The translations under genes and the position numbers were made by a program. 64,000 nt of DNA from Ignavibacteria bacterium (GTDB lineage: Bacteria > Bacteroidota > Ignavibacteria > UBA10030 > SZUA-254). Under the pieces are notes generated by a model. That model was not told the DNA's origin. It searched no databases and worked only from the letters and a program-made list of their open reading frames with translations. Below are positions 28,292-37,755 of the stretch, piece after piece. The stretch lies in NCBI GenBank assembly GCA_031379665.1, contig JANNFI010000139.1:4588-68587 (forward strand), written 5' to 3'. The stretch's first letter is position 1; every line of letters begins with the position of its first letter.

Positions 28292-29452
28292 ATGACCGCG
28301 GTATCGCCGCCGGACGCGGGCCGGTTCCTCTTCATCGATCTCTTTCGCACCATCATCATCGTCCTGATGCTCGAGGGACACGTCGTGCGTCAATTCCTTT
28401 CGCCGGACGGCCACTCGACGCTCGCCTTCTTCCTGCACGAGATCTTCCACGGTATCACGGCCCCGGCGTTCCTCTTCGGCGCGGGACTCACCTTCGTGAT
28501 ATCCTCCCACCGGCGCTGGACGGAATTCCATCATTGGAGCGACGAACTCGAGCGCCGGGTGCGTCGCATCGTGTTGATCTTCCTGATCGGCATCTTCCTC
28601 CACCTCCCGTTCTTCTCGTTCAGGAAGACGTTGCTGGAAGCGACCCCCGCGGATCTCCTGGTCCTGTTCCAATCGGACGTCCTCACCTGTATCTCCGCGG
28701 GCCTCCTCGTGCTCCACCTCACCCTCTTTTGCTTCAAGAGCGAGGACCGGTTCCACGGCGCCGTGGTGACCCTGCTGATCCTCACGGTCCTGCTGACGCC
28801 GATCGTCTGGGACGTGAACTTCCTCCACTTCACACCGATCCTCTTCGCCCAGCTCTCGAACAGCCTGCACGGTTCGCCGTTCCCCCTCTTCCCGTTCCTG
28901 GGGTACCTCTTCGCGGGTGTCGCGGTCTCGCGGAAATTCATCGTCGCCGTCGAGGCCGGGGCTGTACCCCGATTCATGAAGAAGCTCGCCCTCGGCGGGG
29001 CATTGTGCATCGCCGCCGGACTCCTCTCGACCGCGATTCCATTCTCCATCTACCCGAAGTACGATTTTTGGTACACAAGCCCGTCGTATTTCCTGGTCCG
29101 GCTCGGCCTCCTCTTCGTGATGGCGCCGGGGGTCTGGCTCGCGGGGGAGAGGGTGGGTCCGTGGATGAGGCCCCTGCTCATCCTCGGGAAGGAATCCCTG
29201 TTCGTGTACGTCCTGCACCTCGTGGTCCTCTACGGCTCGGTGATCAACCCCGGGCTGAACATGGCCGTCCTCCTGCCGGGTGGACCGGGATTGCTGCCGT
29301 TGATCGGACTCTTCGTCGGATTAACGGCGGCGATGTTCGTCGCGGCGTCGCTCTGGCAGGGCCTCAAGAACAATCATCCGGCAGCGTACCGGTACGTCCA
29401 GGCGGCCGTGGGTGTGGCCGTCCTGTTCCTCTTCTTTACCAGGGATTACTGA
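28292..29452 (+). CDS. DUF1624 / HGSNAT-like transmembrane acyltransferase
   Basis: About 11 predicted TM helices, N-terminal FIDLFR and conserved His. Start at ATG 28292 (the ORF-track extension overlapping pta is rejected). Confidence 0.7.
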   Translation: MTAVSPPDAGRFLFIDLFRTIIIVLMLEGHVVRQFLSPDGHSTLAFFLHEIFHGITAPAFLFGAGLTFVISSHRRWTEFHHWSDELERRVRRIVLIFLIGIFLHLPFFSFRKTLLEATPADLLVLFQSDVLTCISAGLLVLHLTLFCFKSEDRFHGAVVTLLILTVLLTPIVWDVNFLHFTPILFAQLSNSLHGSPFPLFPFLGYLFAGVAVSRKFIVAVEAGAVPRFMKKLALGGALCIAAGLLSTAIPFSIYPKYDFWYTSPSYFLVRLGLLFVMAPGVWLAGERVGPWMRPLLILGKESLFVYVLHLVVLYGSVINPGLNMAVLLPGGPGLLPLIGLFVGLTAAMFVAASLWQGLKNNHPAAYRYVQAAVGVAVLFLFFTRDY

Positions 29453-30583
29453 TCAGGGGGGACAGATGACGCCAAGGGTGGTGGAGCGTGACGCGCCGGT
29501 GACGGCAGGGAGGTTCCCCGTTTTTCCCCTGAGCGTCCGCCAGGCGAGCAGCGCGAAACAGATCGCCTCCTTCGCGTCCGTGGGGATGCCGGCGTCGTCG
29601 GCAATGATGACGCTGGTCGGGTGGAAGTACCGCCGGAGCGCATCGAGAAGGTACTCGTTGTGGACTCCGCCGCCGCTGACGATCAATTCCTGCGGGAAAT
29701 CCTCCTTCGCAACATGGAGGAGGAAGTTTCTGTAGACGCTCAGCGCGGTGAATTCGGTGACCGTCGCGATGACATCGTCCTTCCGCTCGCGGCCGAACTT
29801 CCTCGCCAACTCCGCCGCAAACCGTTCACCGAACATTTCACGCCCCGTCGATTTGGGCGGCCGGACCCGTATAAACGGGTGCGCGGCGAGATGCCTGAGC
29901 ATCATCGGGATGATCCTGCCCCGGAGCGCCGCCGCACCCCCGCGGTCAAACCCGGACCCGTAGAACCGTTCGGCCAGCCAATCGATGATCATGTTTCCGG
30001 GTCCCGTGTCGAAGGCCCGGACGCCGTCCGGCCGGCATCCACGAGGGAGGATCGTCGCGTTGGCGATGCCGCCGATGTTGAGGGTGGCCCGGTTGATCCG
30101 GGGCGACCCGTGAAGGAGGTAATCGCAGAGAGGCACGAGCGGCGCCCCGGACCCGCCGAGAGCGATGTCGCCGACGCGGAAATCCCCGACCGTCATCACC
30201 CCGGTCCGCTTGGCGATCACCGAGGGGTGTCCAATCTGCAACGTCGAGCGTATCTGATGGCCGAAGAGCCTGATCTTCCCCGGGAGGTGGCAAATGGTCT
30301 GGCCGTGGCTCCCGATGAAATCGAGGCGCGAGGTGGGGAGGCCGAGCGAAGCTGAGAGCTCCAGGACGGCGTTCGCGAAAAGTTCGGCGGTGAGGATGTT
30401 CAGCGTGGAGATCTGGTCGAGCTTCGCGGTCTTCGGATCGGAATTGCGCAGGAGGAGGCGCCGGAAACCCGGGGGATAAGGATGCGTGCGGAACCCGAGG
30501 AGCGTGACGCGGTGACCCCGGGCCACCGGGGAGATCCGAATGATCGCGACGTCGATGCCGTCGGCGGATGTCCCGGACATCAT
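29453..30583 (-). CDS. anmK: Anhydro-N-acetylmuramic acid kinase
   Basis: MMSGTSADGIDVA start and ASKHD/ROK-like sugar-kinase core. ATG at 30583 (the 54-aa ORF-track extension is rejected). Confidence 0.85.
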   Translation of the reverse strand: MMSGTSADGIDVAIIRISPVARGHRVTLLGFRTHPYPPGFRRLLLRNSDPKTAKLDQISTLNILTAELFANAVLELSASLGLPTSRLDFIGSHGQTICHLPGKIRLFGHQIRSTLQIGHPSVIAKRTGVMTVGDFRVGDIALGGSGAPLVPLCDYLLHGSPRINRATLNIGGIANATILPRGCRPDGVRAFDTGPGNMIIDWLAERFYGSGFDRGGAAALRGRIIPMMLRHLAAHPFIRVRPPKSTGREMFGERFAAELARKFGRERKDDVIATVTEFTALSVYRNFLLHVAKEDFPQELIVSGGGVHNEYLLDALRRYFHPTSVIIADDAGIPTDAKEAICFALLAWRTLRGKTGNLPAVTGASRSTTLGVICPP

Positions 30584-30688
30584 CCCGGCCCCGACGAGTG
30601 ATCTTCGCTCCGGGAGCACCGCGGCGCGGCTCTTCCGTGGACTCTGAGTCCGCTTTCCTTTATATTCTCCCATGGATACGACCCTCGT

Positions 30689-31585
30689 ATGTCCCGAAAA
30701 GTAAAGCGAAGTCCTGAAGCGGAGAGCCTCCTCCTGGGCGCCCACGAGTCGATCGCGGGAGGCATCTACCTCGCCGTCGAACGCGCCGAATCGATCGGCG
30801 CGACAGCGCTCCAGGTCTTTACGAAAAACTCGAACCGATGGGAGGCGCCGCCGCTCACCGCCGAAGACGCCGCAAGCTACAAAACCGCCATTTCGAAATC
30901 AAGCATCCGATCGGTGATCTCCCACGACTCCTACCTCATCAACCTCTGCGCGACGGACGCGGCCATCCTCGAAAAATCGCGCAAGGCGCTCGCCGACGAG
31001 ATATGGAGGTGCGACCTGCTCGGGATCGGCATGTTGAATTTCCACCCCGGCGCACATATGGGGGCCGGCGAGGAGGCTGGGATCGCCCTGATCGTGGAAT
31101 CCCTCGATGTCGTCCACGCGCAGACCCGAGGCGCGAAGGTCCTCTCGGTGGTCGAAACCACCGCGGGACAGGGGTCCGTGCTCGGTCACCGTTTCGATCA
31201 GATCGCCGCGATCATCTCCGGGGTACGGGACGTGGAGAGGATGGGTGTGTGCATCGATACCTGTCATATCTTCGCCGCCGGGTATGACATCCGTGACGAG
31301 GCGTCATACTCCCGGGTGATGGACGAATTCGGCGAGGTGATCGGTTTCGACCGGCTCAGCGCCATCCACGTGAACGATTCGAAGGGAGGACTGGGGTCGA
31401 GGCTCGACCGACACGAGCACATCGGGAAGGGGCAGATCGGGACGGCGGGCTTCTCCGGCCTGATGAACGACCCGCGGCTCGCGGACGTCCCGAAGATCCT
31501 CGAAACCCCGAAGGGAGACGACCTCGCCGAAGACCGCGAGAACATGCGCGCGCTGAAAAAACTGGTTCGAAAGAAAATACGGTGA
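30689..31585 (+). CDS. nfo: Endonuclease IV (deoxyribonuclease IV)
   Basis: AP-endonuclease 2 (TIM-barrel) signatures (LLGAHESIAGG, HPGAH, CIDTCH, HVNDSK). Confidence 0.9.
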   Translation: MSRKVKRSPEAESLLLGAHESIAGGIYLAVERAESIGATALQVFTKNSNRWEAPPLTAEDAASYKTAISKSSIRSVISHDSYLINLCATDAAILEKSRKALADEIWRCDLLGIGMLNFHPGAHMGAGEEAGIALIVESLDVVHAQTRGAKVLSVVETTAGQGSVLGHRFDQIAAIISGVRDVERMGVCIDTCHIFAAGYDIRDEASYSRVMDEFGEVIGFDRLSAIHVNDSKGGLGSRLDRHEHIGKGQIGTAGFSGLMNDPRLADVPKILETPKGDDLAEDRENMRALKKLVRKKIR

Positions 31586-31653
31586 ATGAGGGCTTGACTT
31601 CCGCGTAAATTATTTTCAATTTTCGGATATGGAAGCAACCAACGGCATTTGAG

Positions 31654-32760
31654 ATGACGCAGCCGGACACACTGACACTGCGCGAGACGCTGAAGGCCCG
31701 TTCGGCGCCCGGTACGCTCTGCCGCGATATCGGGGACGGCAGGATCGAGTGCTACGCCTGCGGTCACCGCTGCGCGATCGGGCCGGGGCGGGAAGGAATC
31801 TGCAAGGTCCGGTACAACAAGGGGGGCACGCTGTTCATGCCCTGGGGATACGTCGGGGGGGTGCAGCTCGACCCAGTAGAAAAGAAACCGTTTTTTCACG
31901 TCCTGCCCGGCGCTCGCGCGCTCAGTTTCGGGATGCTCGGTTGCGACTACCACTGCGCGTACTGCCAGAACTGGCTCACCTCGCAAGCCCTCCGGGACCC
32001 CGAGGCCCGGCCTGCGCACGATCCGGCCACGCCTGAGGAGCTCCTCGGCGTCGCCTTCGATTACGGTGCCGCGGTCATCACCAGCACGTATAACGAACCG
32101 CTCATCACGAGCGAATGGGCGGTCGAAATATTCAAGGTGGCCCGCCGGTACGGCCTGGTGACGTCGTACGTCTCCAACGGCAATGCGACCCCCGAGGTGC
32201 TCTCCTTCCTGAAACCCTGGGTGGACGCCTACAAGGTGGACCTGAAGGGATTCAACGACCGGCAGTACAGGAAACTCGGTGGCGTGCTCGACCGGGTGCT
32301 CGAGACGATTCGTGCCCTCCACGAACGGAAATTCTGGGTCGAGATCGTTACCCTCGTCGTCCCTGGATTCAACGACTCCGATGCAGAACTCCGGGACATC
32401 GCCGGGTTCATTGCTTCGGTCTCGCCCGATATTCCCTGGCACGTCACCGCTTTCCATCCCGACTACCGGATGGCCGACACCAGTGCCACGTCGGTCCGCG
32501 CCCTCGTGAGGGCGGCGGAAATCGGCCTTGAGTCGGGTTTGCATTTCGTCTACGCGGGCAACCTGCCCGGCCTCGTCGGACGGTTCGAGAACACCTCCTG
32601 CCCATCCTGCTCGGCGGTGATGATCGAACGGTCCGGGTATCAAATCCACTCGAACAGGCTCCTGGATGGCTGCTGTGGCGAGTGCGGGACCCCATTACCC
32701 GGGATCTGGAAACGGACCCGGTCTCTCGCCGCACCACGTCACCATACCGTCTCCCTGTAG
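31654..32760 (+). CDS. amrS: AmmeMemoRadiSam-system radical SAM enzyme
   Basis: CDYHCAYCQN radical-SAM cluster motif, N-terminal CxxC-containing region, and length and architecture typical of AmrS. Confidence 0.8.
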   Translation: MTQPDTLTLRETLKARSAPGTLCRDIGDGRIECYACGHRCAIGPGREGICKVRYNKGGTLFMPWGYVGGVQLDPVEKKPFFHVLPGARALSFGMLGCDYHCAYCQNWLTSQALRDPEARPAHDPATPEELLGVAFDYGAAVITSTYNEPLITSEWAVEIFKVARRYGLVTSYVSNGNATPEVLSFLKPWVDAYKVDLKGFNDRQYRKLGGVLDRVLETIRALHERKFWVEIVTLVVPGFNDSDAELRDIAGFIASVSPDIPWHVTAFHPDYRMADTSATSVRALVRAAEIGLESGLHFVYAGNLPGLVGRFENTSCPSCSAVMIERSGYQIHSNRLLDGCCGECGTPLPGIWKRTRSLAAPRHHTVSL

Positions 32761-32766
32761 GGCATC

Positions 32767-33630
32767 ATGAACGGTCGTCCCGTCAAGAAAAAGCCCGGAG
32801 AGATCCGGGTCGATCCGGTGAAGGTCCTCACGCTGTCGACTGAGGATTGGCACGAGGTCGAACACGGCATCACACTTTTCAATTCGGGGAAATTCTGGCA
32901 TGCCCACGAGGCGTGGGAGCTGGTCTGGCAGCGCCAGTCCGAGGACGAGAGACTGTTTTTTCAGGGGATCATCCAGCTTGCCGCGGCATACCACCACCTC
33001 GTCAAGAAAACCCACCGTACGGGATACGCGAATAACCTGAAGAAGGCGGAGGCGATCCTGCAGGTCTTCGCGCCGGAGTACCTCGGGATCGACGTCAGGC
33101 CGCTCCTCGGGGCGATCGCCGCCGGCCTCGCCGCGTCCGCCGAAAGGCCGGACGACCCGCCGTCGGACGACGAGTTCTCCCTCGTTCCCAAAATCAGTTT
33201 TCGGCTCCCGTATGATCCCGACCTCATGGCCGCGGTACGGACTGCGATCGCCTGCGCCGAGTTTGCGGAAGGTGTGGGGTTGTTCAACCGGGGATACCAC
33301 TGGGAGGCACACGAGCGCTGGGAGGAGGCGATGCGCGACGCCGAGGGGGAGGCGAAGGAATTACTCCAGGGCTTCGTGCAGGCGGCGGGCGGAATGAGCT
33401 TTTTCGTTGCGGGGAAGGGGGATAAAGCGGGATATCTCTTCGTGAAGTCATTGGAAAACCTCCGAAAGTTCGGGGGCTTGAATTGCGGGGTGGAGTTTCA
33501 GTCGCTGGTCGATTGGATGGCGGCGGCCCTGAAAACAAACGGATCGGGGCTGCCGGACGTGCGCAGCGGGGGTCCCGCTCCGCCGAAGATCACATTCGGC
33601 CGGTCGGTGGGGGAGGGGTCTACTTCGTAG
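32767..33630 (+). CDS. Protein with two tandem DUF309 domains
   Basis: Two copies of FNxGxxWxAHExWE (FNSGKFWHAHEAWELVW and FNRGYHWEAHERWEEAM). Starts 6 nt after the amrS stop. Confidence 0.7.
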   Translation: MNGRPVKKKPGEIRVDPVKVLTLSTEDWHEVEHGITLFNSGKFWHAHEAWELVWQRQSEDERLFFQGIIQLAAAYHHLVKKTHRTGYANNLKKAEAILQVFAPEYLGIDVRPLLGAIAAGLAASAERPDDPPSDDEFSLVPKISFRLPYDPDLMAAVRTAIACAEFAEGVGLFNRGYHWEAHERWEEAMRDAEGEAKELLQGFVQAAGGMSFFVAGKGDKAGYLFVKSLENLRKFGGLNCGVEFQSLVDWMAAALKTNGSGLPDVRSGGPAPPKITFGRSVGEGSTS

Positions 33631-34687
33631 GCGGCGCGGTCAACGCGCCGAGATCGCCGACCGAGAGCTCCCGGGCCAGCGTCTCCAGGAACGATTTCGT
33701 CTCGGGATCAGGTTCACCATCCTTGTAGGCGTCTCTCATCGCCTCCGTCATGATCTCCCGTTGAATTCCCGCAAGAAGGGCCTTTTCCTCATCTGCAGAC
33801 ACCGCTAATCGCTTTCGGGCGATCGCGACCTCAGCGGCCTGGACGCGGTTCGGAGTTCCTTCACCCCACGCTGAGCGGAGGAGTTTCCCGAACCACTGCA
33901 ACGCGATCTCCCTCGGCATCTGCTTCGACTCGCCCGCGGTCGCTCCGACTCCCGATCGTGTCGCCGATTCCAGCTGTTTCCGCATGCTTCCGAGTACTGC
34001 ATCTCCCGGATCGACGATGGTGATCCTTGACAATTCACGGTACGCCCCTTCGGTGTCCCCGGCCGCGAGGAGTTTTCCGAAGGCCTCCTTCGAGCCGGTC
34101 ACCACGGCCGCCAGCGCTTCGGCTGCTGCCCCGGCGAGGGCGCCAGCGAGCGCCTGCGCCTCGACGGCCTTCAATCGGTCCGATTCCTCATGCTGGCGGA
34201 GTTCGTCCTCCAGCGCTTTTATCGCGTATACTTCCGTCTGGCGTGTGGTCTCCGTTTCGTGCGTCGCCCGGTCGCGGGCGATCTGGTCCTTCAGCTCGGT
34301 CAGATTCCCGTGGTCCTCGAACACCGGTTCGACGGCGGGGAGTTCCTCGATCCGGGCCCCGGTGATTTCGGTGAGCTCAGTACCCGGCCGTTCGGTCGCG
34401 TCGGGCACCGGGGGTGGAGTCGAGGCCAGTCCGCTCCGGGCGGGCTGGGACACGATGGGGGAGGCCGTCGGTTTTTCACCCGGGGGAGCGTGTTTCTCGC
34501 GAAGCGCGTTGATCCGGTCTTTATACGCCTGCGCATAGAAATTACCCGGCTCGAGTTCCAGGCTCTTTTCGACTTCAGTGAGCGCCACTTCGTAGTCGCC
34601 GCTCTTAAGGAGCTTGTCAGCGTTCCTCAAATATTCACCCACGAGTTTTTTCCGCGTGGAGTCCGGATGTTCCGATCCCTTTTTCAT
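33620..34687 (-). CDS. Hypothetical cytoplasmic protein with TPR-like N-terminus and coiled coil
   Basis: No diagnostic catalytic motif. Start shares one nucleotide with the stop of the upstream 783-aa gene. The 3' end overlaps the convergent DUF309 gene by 11 nt. Confidence 0.55.
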   Translation of the reverse strand: MKKGSEHPDSTRKKLVGEYLRNADKLLKSGDYEVALTEVEKSLELEPGNFYAQAYKDRINALREKHAPPGEKPTASPIVSQPARSGLASTPPPVPDATERPGTELTEITGARIEELPAVEPVFEDHGNLTELKDQIARDRATHETETTRQTEVYAIKALEDELRQHEESDRLKAVEAQALAGALAGAAAEALAAVVTGSKEAFGKLLAAGDTEGAYRELSRITIVDPGDAVLGSMRKQLESATRSGVGATAGESKQMPREIALQWFGKLLRSAWGEGTPNRVQAAEVAIARKRLAVSADEEKALLAGIQREIMTEAMRDAYKDGEPDPETKSFLETLARELSVGDLGALTAPPTK

Positions 34688-37038
34688 TATCGCTCCGCCG
34701 ACCTCCTTCCGAAGATGCTGCGGATGTCGGCCATCGAATACACGTTGTAGAGGTCCGCGTTGCAGAGCTGCCCGTCGATGAACCGCTGGTTAATGGCTTC
34801 AGTCAGGAGGTCCATCGTCCTGACCATCTTCGTCGAATCGATCATCCTCGTCTGGGGCGAATACATCTGCAGGGCGTAGATCCGGGCGAGGAAATACTTG
34901 GCGTCGACATTGTTGGTGTCGGCGGCCACGACGGCCTCCCCGAGGGCGATCCCGTCCGCGTAGCGTCCAAGGCGCGTAAGGGTGAGGCCAAGGTACAAGC
35001 GCAAGCCGGCGTCGGTCGGGTTCGACCGGACCCTTGCGCGGAGTGTCGAGTCGAGCGCCTTCAGGTACTTGTTCGATTCCTCCAGATCGCCGGTCACCTG
35101 GAGAAGCCTCGCAAGGCTGTAGAGCGTCGTCACCTCGTGGGGGTCGTCTCCGAGGAGGTTCATGCAGGCAGTCGTGACGCGATGTCCCTGGCTCAGCCTG
35201 ATCGCGGCATCGGACATAATAACGTCGGAGAGCGGTCCGGCAAGGTACCGGAGCGTGTCGCCGGTGAATTGCATCGCGGTTTCGTGAAACCAGAGAGCCC
35301 TGTCGAACGTCCGGTTGAGATAGTGGACAGTCGCCATCAGGGCGAGGATCTCGACATTCCTTGGGTCGAGCCGGTAGGCTTTCTGGAGGAATTCCAGCGC
35401 CTGCTCGGGGCGGCCGGACCGGAAGAGGGCCATTCCCCGCAGGTACGGGAGTGCGCTCCCGCCCGGCGCCCGTACTTCCGCGGAATCAAGGAGATCGAGT
35501 GCGGTCTGGTACTGATGACGTTCGATGAGGACCCGCCCCAGTGCGGCGTAACCCTCGCTCGAACGGGGGTCAAGCCTGATCGCTGTGGAGGCGGCGGCGC
35601 CCGCATCCTCGAGGATGTCCCCGGCGCCGGGCCGGCTCACCGCGTTTCTGGCGACGAGTGCCGACGAAAGACCGGAGTGCGTTTCGGCGAGGGCCGAATC
35701 AAGGGCCAATGAGCGGTTGAATGTGTTAACCGCCTCGTCCACCCCTATGCCGCCGGGTTGGCGCATCGCGTTGAGGCCCTTGAGATACAGGAGGTAGGCC
35801 TCCGTGTTCTGGTTCTGCACGGCGGTCCCCGCTCCCGGAGGCGTCGCGACGCGGAAATGAGTCCGGAGCCCGTAGGCGATCTCGTGGGGGATGAGGAGCA
35901 GCCCGGATGTATCACGCTCGAAATCCTGCGACCAAAGGGTCGTGCCGGCCGAATCCGAGAGTTCCACGTGCACCGTGAAGAGCGTATCGCGGCGGCTCAG
36001 GGCGCCGCGCAGGAAATGCGAATATCCGAGCCTGGTCAGCTCGCCAACGGGGTCGGATCCTGCGGAGGAGAGGTTCGCGCTTGTCGCATAGCCGACCACG
36101 CTCACGCCCGATGGAGTTCCTGAGAGCAGACGCACGACGACCTCGGGAAGGGCATCGGTGAACAACTTCAATTCCTTCGCATCCGCCGACGATGACCAGG
36201 GGAGCACGGCGATGGTCAGGTTTTTCTCCACCTTTTTCGGCATGTACTCGATGTAGACGATTGCCGCCGCAACCACCAGCAACCCGGCGGCGATCACGGT
36301 GAATGCCCAGGAGGGGAACTTTCGTTGACCCGGGGCGCCGGGTGGGAGCGCGGACGGGGGCTGCTTCGCCGGTTTGCTCTTCGGCTGTTTTGCCTTCGCC
36401 GGCTTCTCCTTACCCTTCTCCTTTCCTTTCTCTTTCTTCGCTTCGTCAGCAGAAGTCGGCTTGGCGGTGAATGTGTCCGAGGCCATCGCTTCCCGGATCT
36501 TTTCGTCGAGATCGAGCAGTTCGGCGTTGAAACCGTCCAACTCGAGCCCTTCGGTGATCACCTTCGCGGCGAGCTCCATGTCGCCGCGTTGCATGTGGTT
36601 CTGTGCGTGTTTCAGGAGGGTTCTGATCTTCGCCGAGGGGTCGTCAGTGGCGGCCTTCTTCTTCCTCTCTTCATCCTCAGCCTGTCGTTTCCTGGCCTCT
36701 TCCTCCTTTTTCTCCCTCACGAGCCGGTCTTCGCGGCGCCGAGTCTCGTCCCTCGTCCGCTCCGACCGTCGCCGGACCAGCTCCGTGTCGAGCCGGCGCA
36801 GCGTCTCATCCCCGGCCGCCTGGAGGACTTCCAACTCCTTCAGACCCGTCGACTCCGATTCCTTCCTCCGCGTTTCGGTGAGCCCGTCGAGGTATCCCCG
36901 GCGTTCCGCCAGGTGGCCTTCGATCCCTATCGAAATCCGCTCTTCGAGAGCCTGGATCCCGGCCTCCAGGGCCTCCTGCTTACGCAGGGCGACCCGCGCC
37001 AGTACGTCTCCCGGAAGGTTTGCTCCGTCGTCGTTCAT
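34687..37038 (-). CDS. Single-pass membrane protein: cytoplasmic coiled coil, Lys-rich linker, TM helix, periplasmic TolB-N-like region and TPR repeats
   Basis: Charged coiled-coil N-terminus, KEKGKEKGKEKPAKAK low-complexity stretch, TM helix WAFTVIAAGLLVVAAAIVYI, then TPR-like repeats. Confidence 0.65.
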   Translation of the reverse strand: MNDDGANLPGDVLARVALRKQEALEAGIQALEERISIGIEGHLAERRGYLDGLTETRRKESESTGLKELEVLQAAGDETLRRLDTELVRRRSERTRDETRRREDRLVREKKEEEARKRQAEDEERKKKAATDDPSAKIRTLLKHAQNHMQRGDMELAAKVITEGLELDGFNAELLDLDEKIREAMASDTFTAKPTSADEAKKEKGKEKGKEKPAKAKQPKSKPAKQPPSALPPGAPGQRKFPSWAFTVIAAGLLVVAAAIVYIEYMPKKVEKNLTIAVLPWSSSADAKELKLFTDALPEVVVRLLSGTPSGVSVVGYATSANLSSAGSDPVGELTRLGYSHFLRGALSRRDTLFTVHVELSDSAGTTLWSQDFERDTSGLLLIPHEIAYGLRTHFRVATPPGAGTAVQNQNTEAYLLYLKGLNAMRQPGGIGVDEAVNTFNRSLALDSALAETHSGLSSALVARNAVSRPGAGDILEDAGAAASTAIRLDPRSSEGYAALGRVLIERHQYQTALDLLDSAEVRAPGGSALPYLRGMALFRSGRPEQALEFLQKAYRLDPRNVEILALMATVHYLNRTFDRALWFHETAMQFTGDTLRYLAGPLSDVIMSDAAIRLSQGHRVTTACMNLLGDDPHEVTTLYSLARLLQVTGDLEESNKYLKALDSTLRARVRSNPTDAGLRLYLGLTLTRLGRYADGIALGEAVVAADTNNVDAKYFLARIYALQMYSPQTRMIDSTKMVRTMDLLTEAINQRFIDGQLCNADLYNVYSMADIRSIFGRRSAER

Positions 37039-37190
37039 CCTTTTCGTTCGAGAATCGGCATAAAGTTGGGAAAAATATAGAGAAATGCGCGGGAAATGTC
37101 AATATGCGGTTGCCGACCATCAAATTGATTTCATCCCTGAATATTCGTAGATTTTTCGCAATTTCAATCACAGTCAATCCTGGAGGGAAT

Positions 37191-37754
37191 ATGGGCACAG
37201 TGCTGGTTCTGGGTTTGCTCGCCGTTGTGGCGATATGGGTCGTTACAAAGTATAATTCGCTGGTGACGCTGAGAAACCAGGTCGAAAACGGTTGGAAGCA
37301 GATAGACATCCAGCTGAAACGGAGGCACGACCTGATTCCCAACCTCGTCAATACGGTAAAAGGTTACATGGAGTTCGAACAGGACACGCTTCGACAGGTG
37401 ATCGAGGCGCGGAACGCCGCGGTCAGCGCGCCCGGCGTTGCCGCATCGGCCGCCCGTGAGGGAGAATTGACGGGCGTCCTGACGAAACTTTTCGCATTGA
37501 TGGAGAATTATCCCAACCTCAAGGCGAACGAGAACGTGAAGCAACTGCAGGAGGAACTGACCGGGACGGAGAACAAGGTGGGATTCGCCCGTCAATTTTA
37601 TAACGACATTTCGATGAAGTTCAACATTGGGCAGGAAGTCTTCCCCGGGAGCCTGATTGCCTCAATGTTCAATTTCCGCAGGGCGGAACTCTTTGCCGTG
37701 ACGAACGACGCGGAGCGGGCGGTGCCCGGCGTCGACCTTTCACTCAGAAAGTGA
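37191..37754 (+). CDS. lemA: LemA family protein
   Basis: N-terminal TM helix plus LemA core (YNSLVTLRNQVENGW, NYPNLKANEN). ATG at 37191, preceded by GGAGGG. Confidence 0.85.
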   Translation: MGTVLVLGLLAVVAIWVVTKYNSLVTLRNQVENGWKQIDIQLKRRHDLIPNLVNTVKGYMEFEQDTLRQVIEARNAAVSAPGVAASAAREGELTGVLTKLFALMENYPNLKANENVKQLQEELTGTENKVGFARQFYNDISMKFNIGQEVFPGSLIASMFNFRRAELFAVTNDAERAVPGVDLSLRK

Positions 37755-37755
37755 C

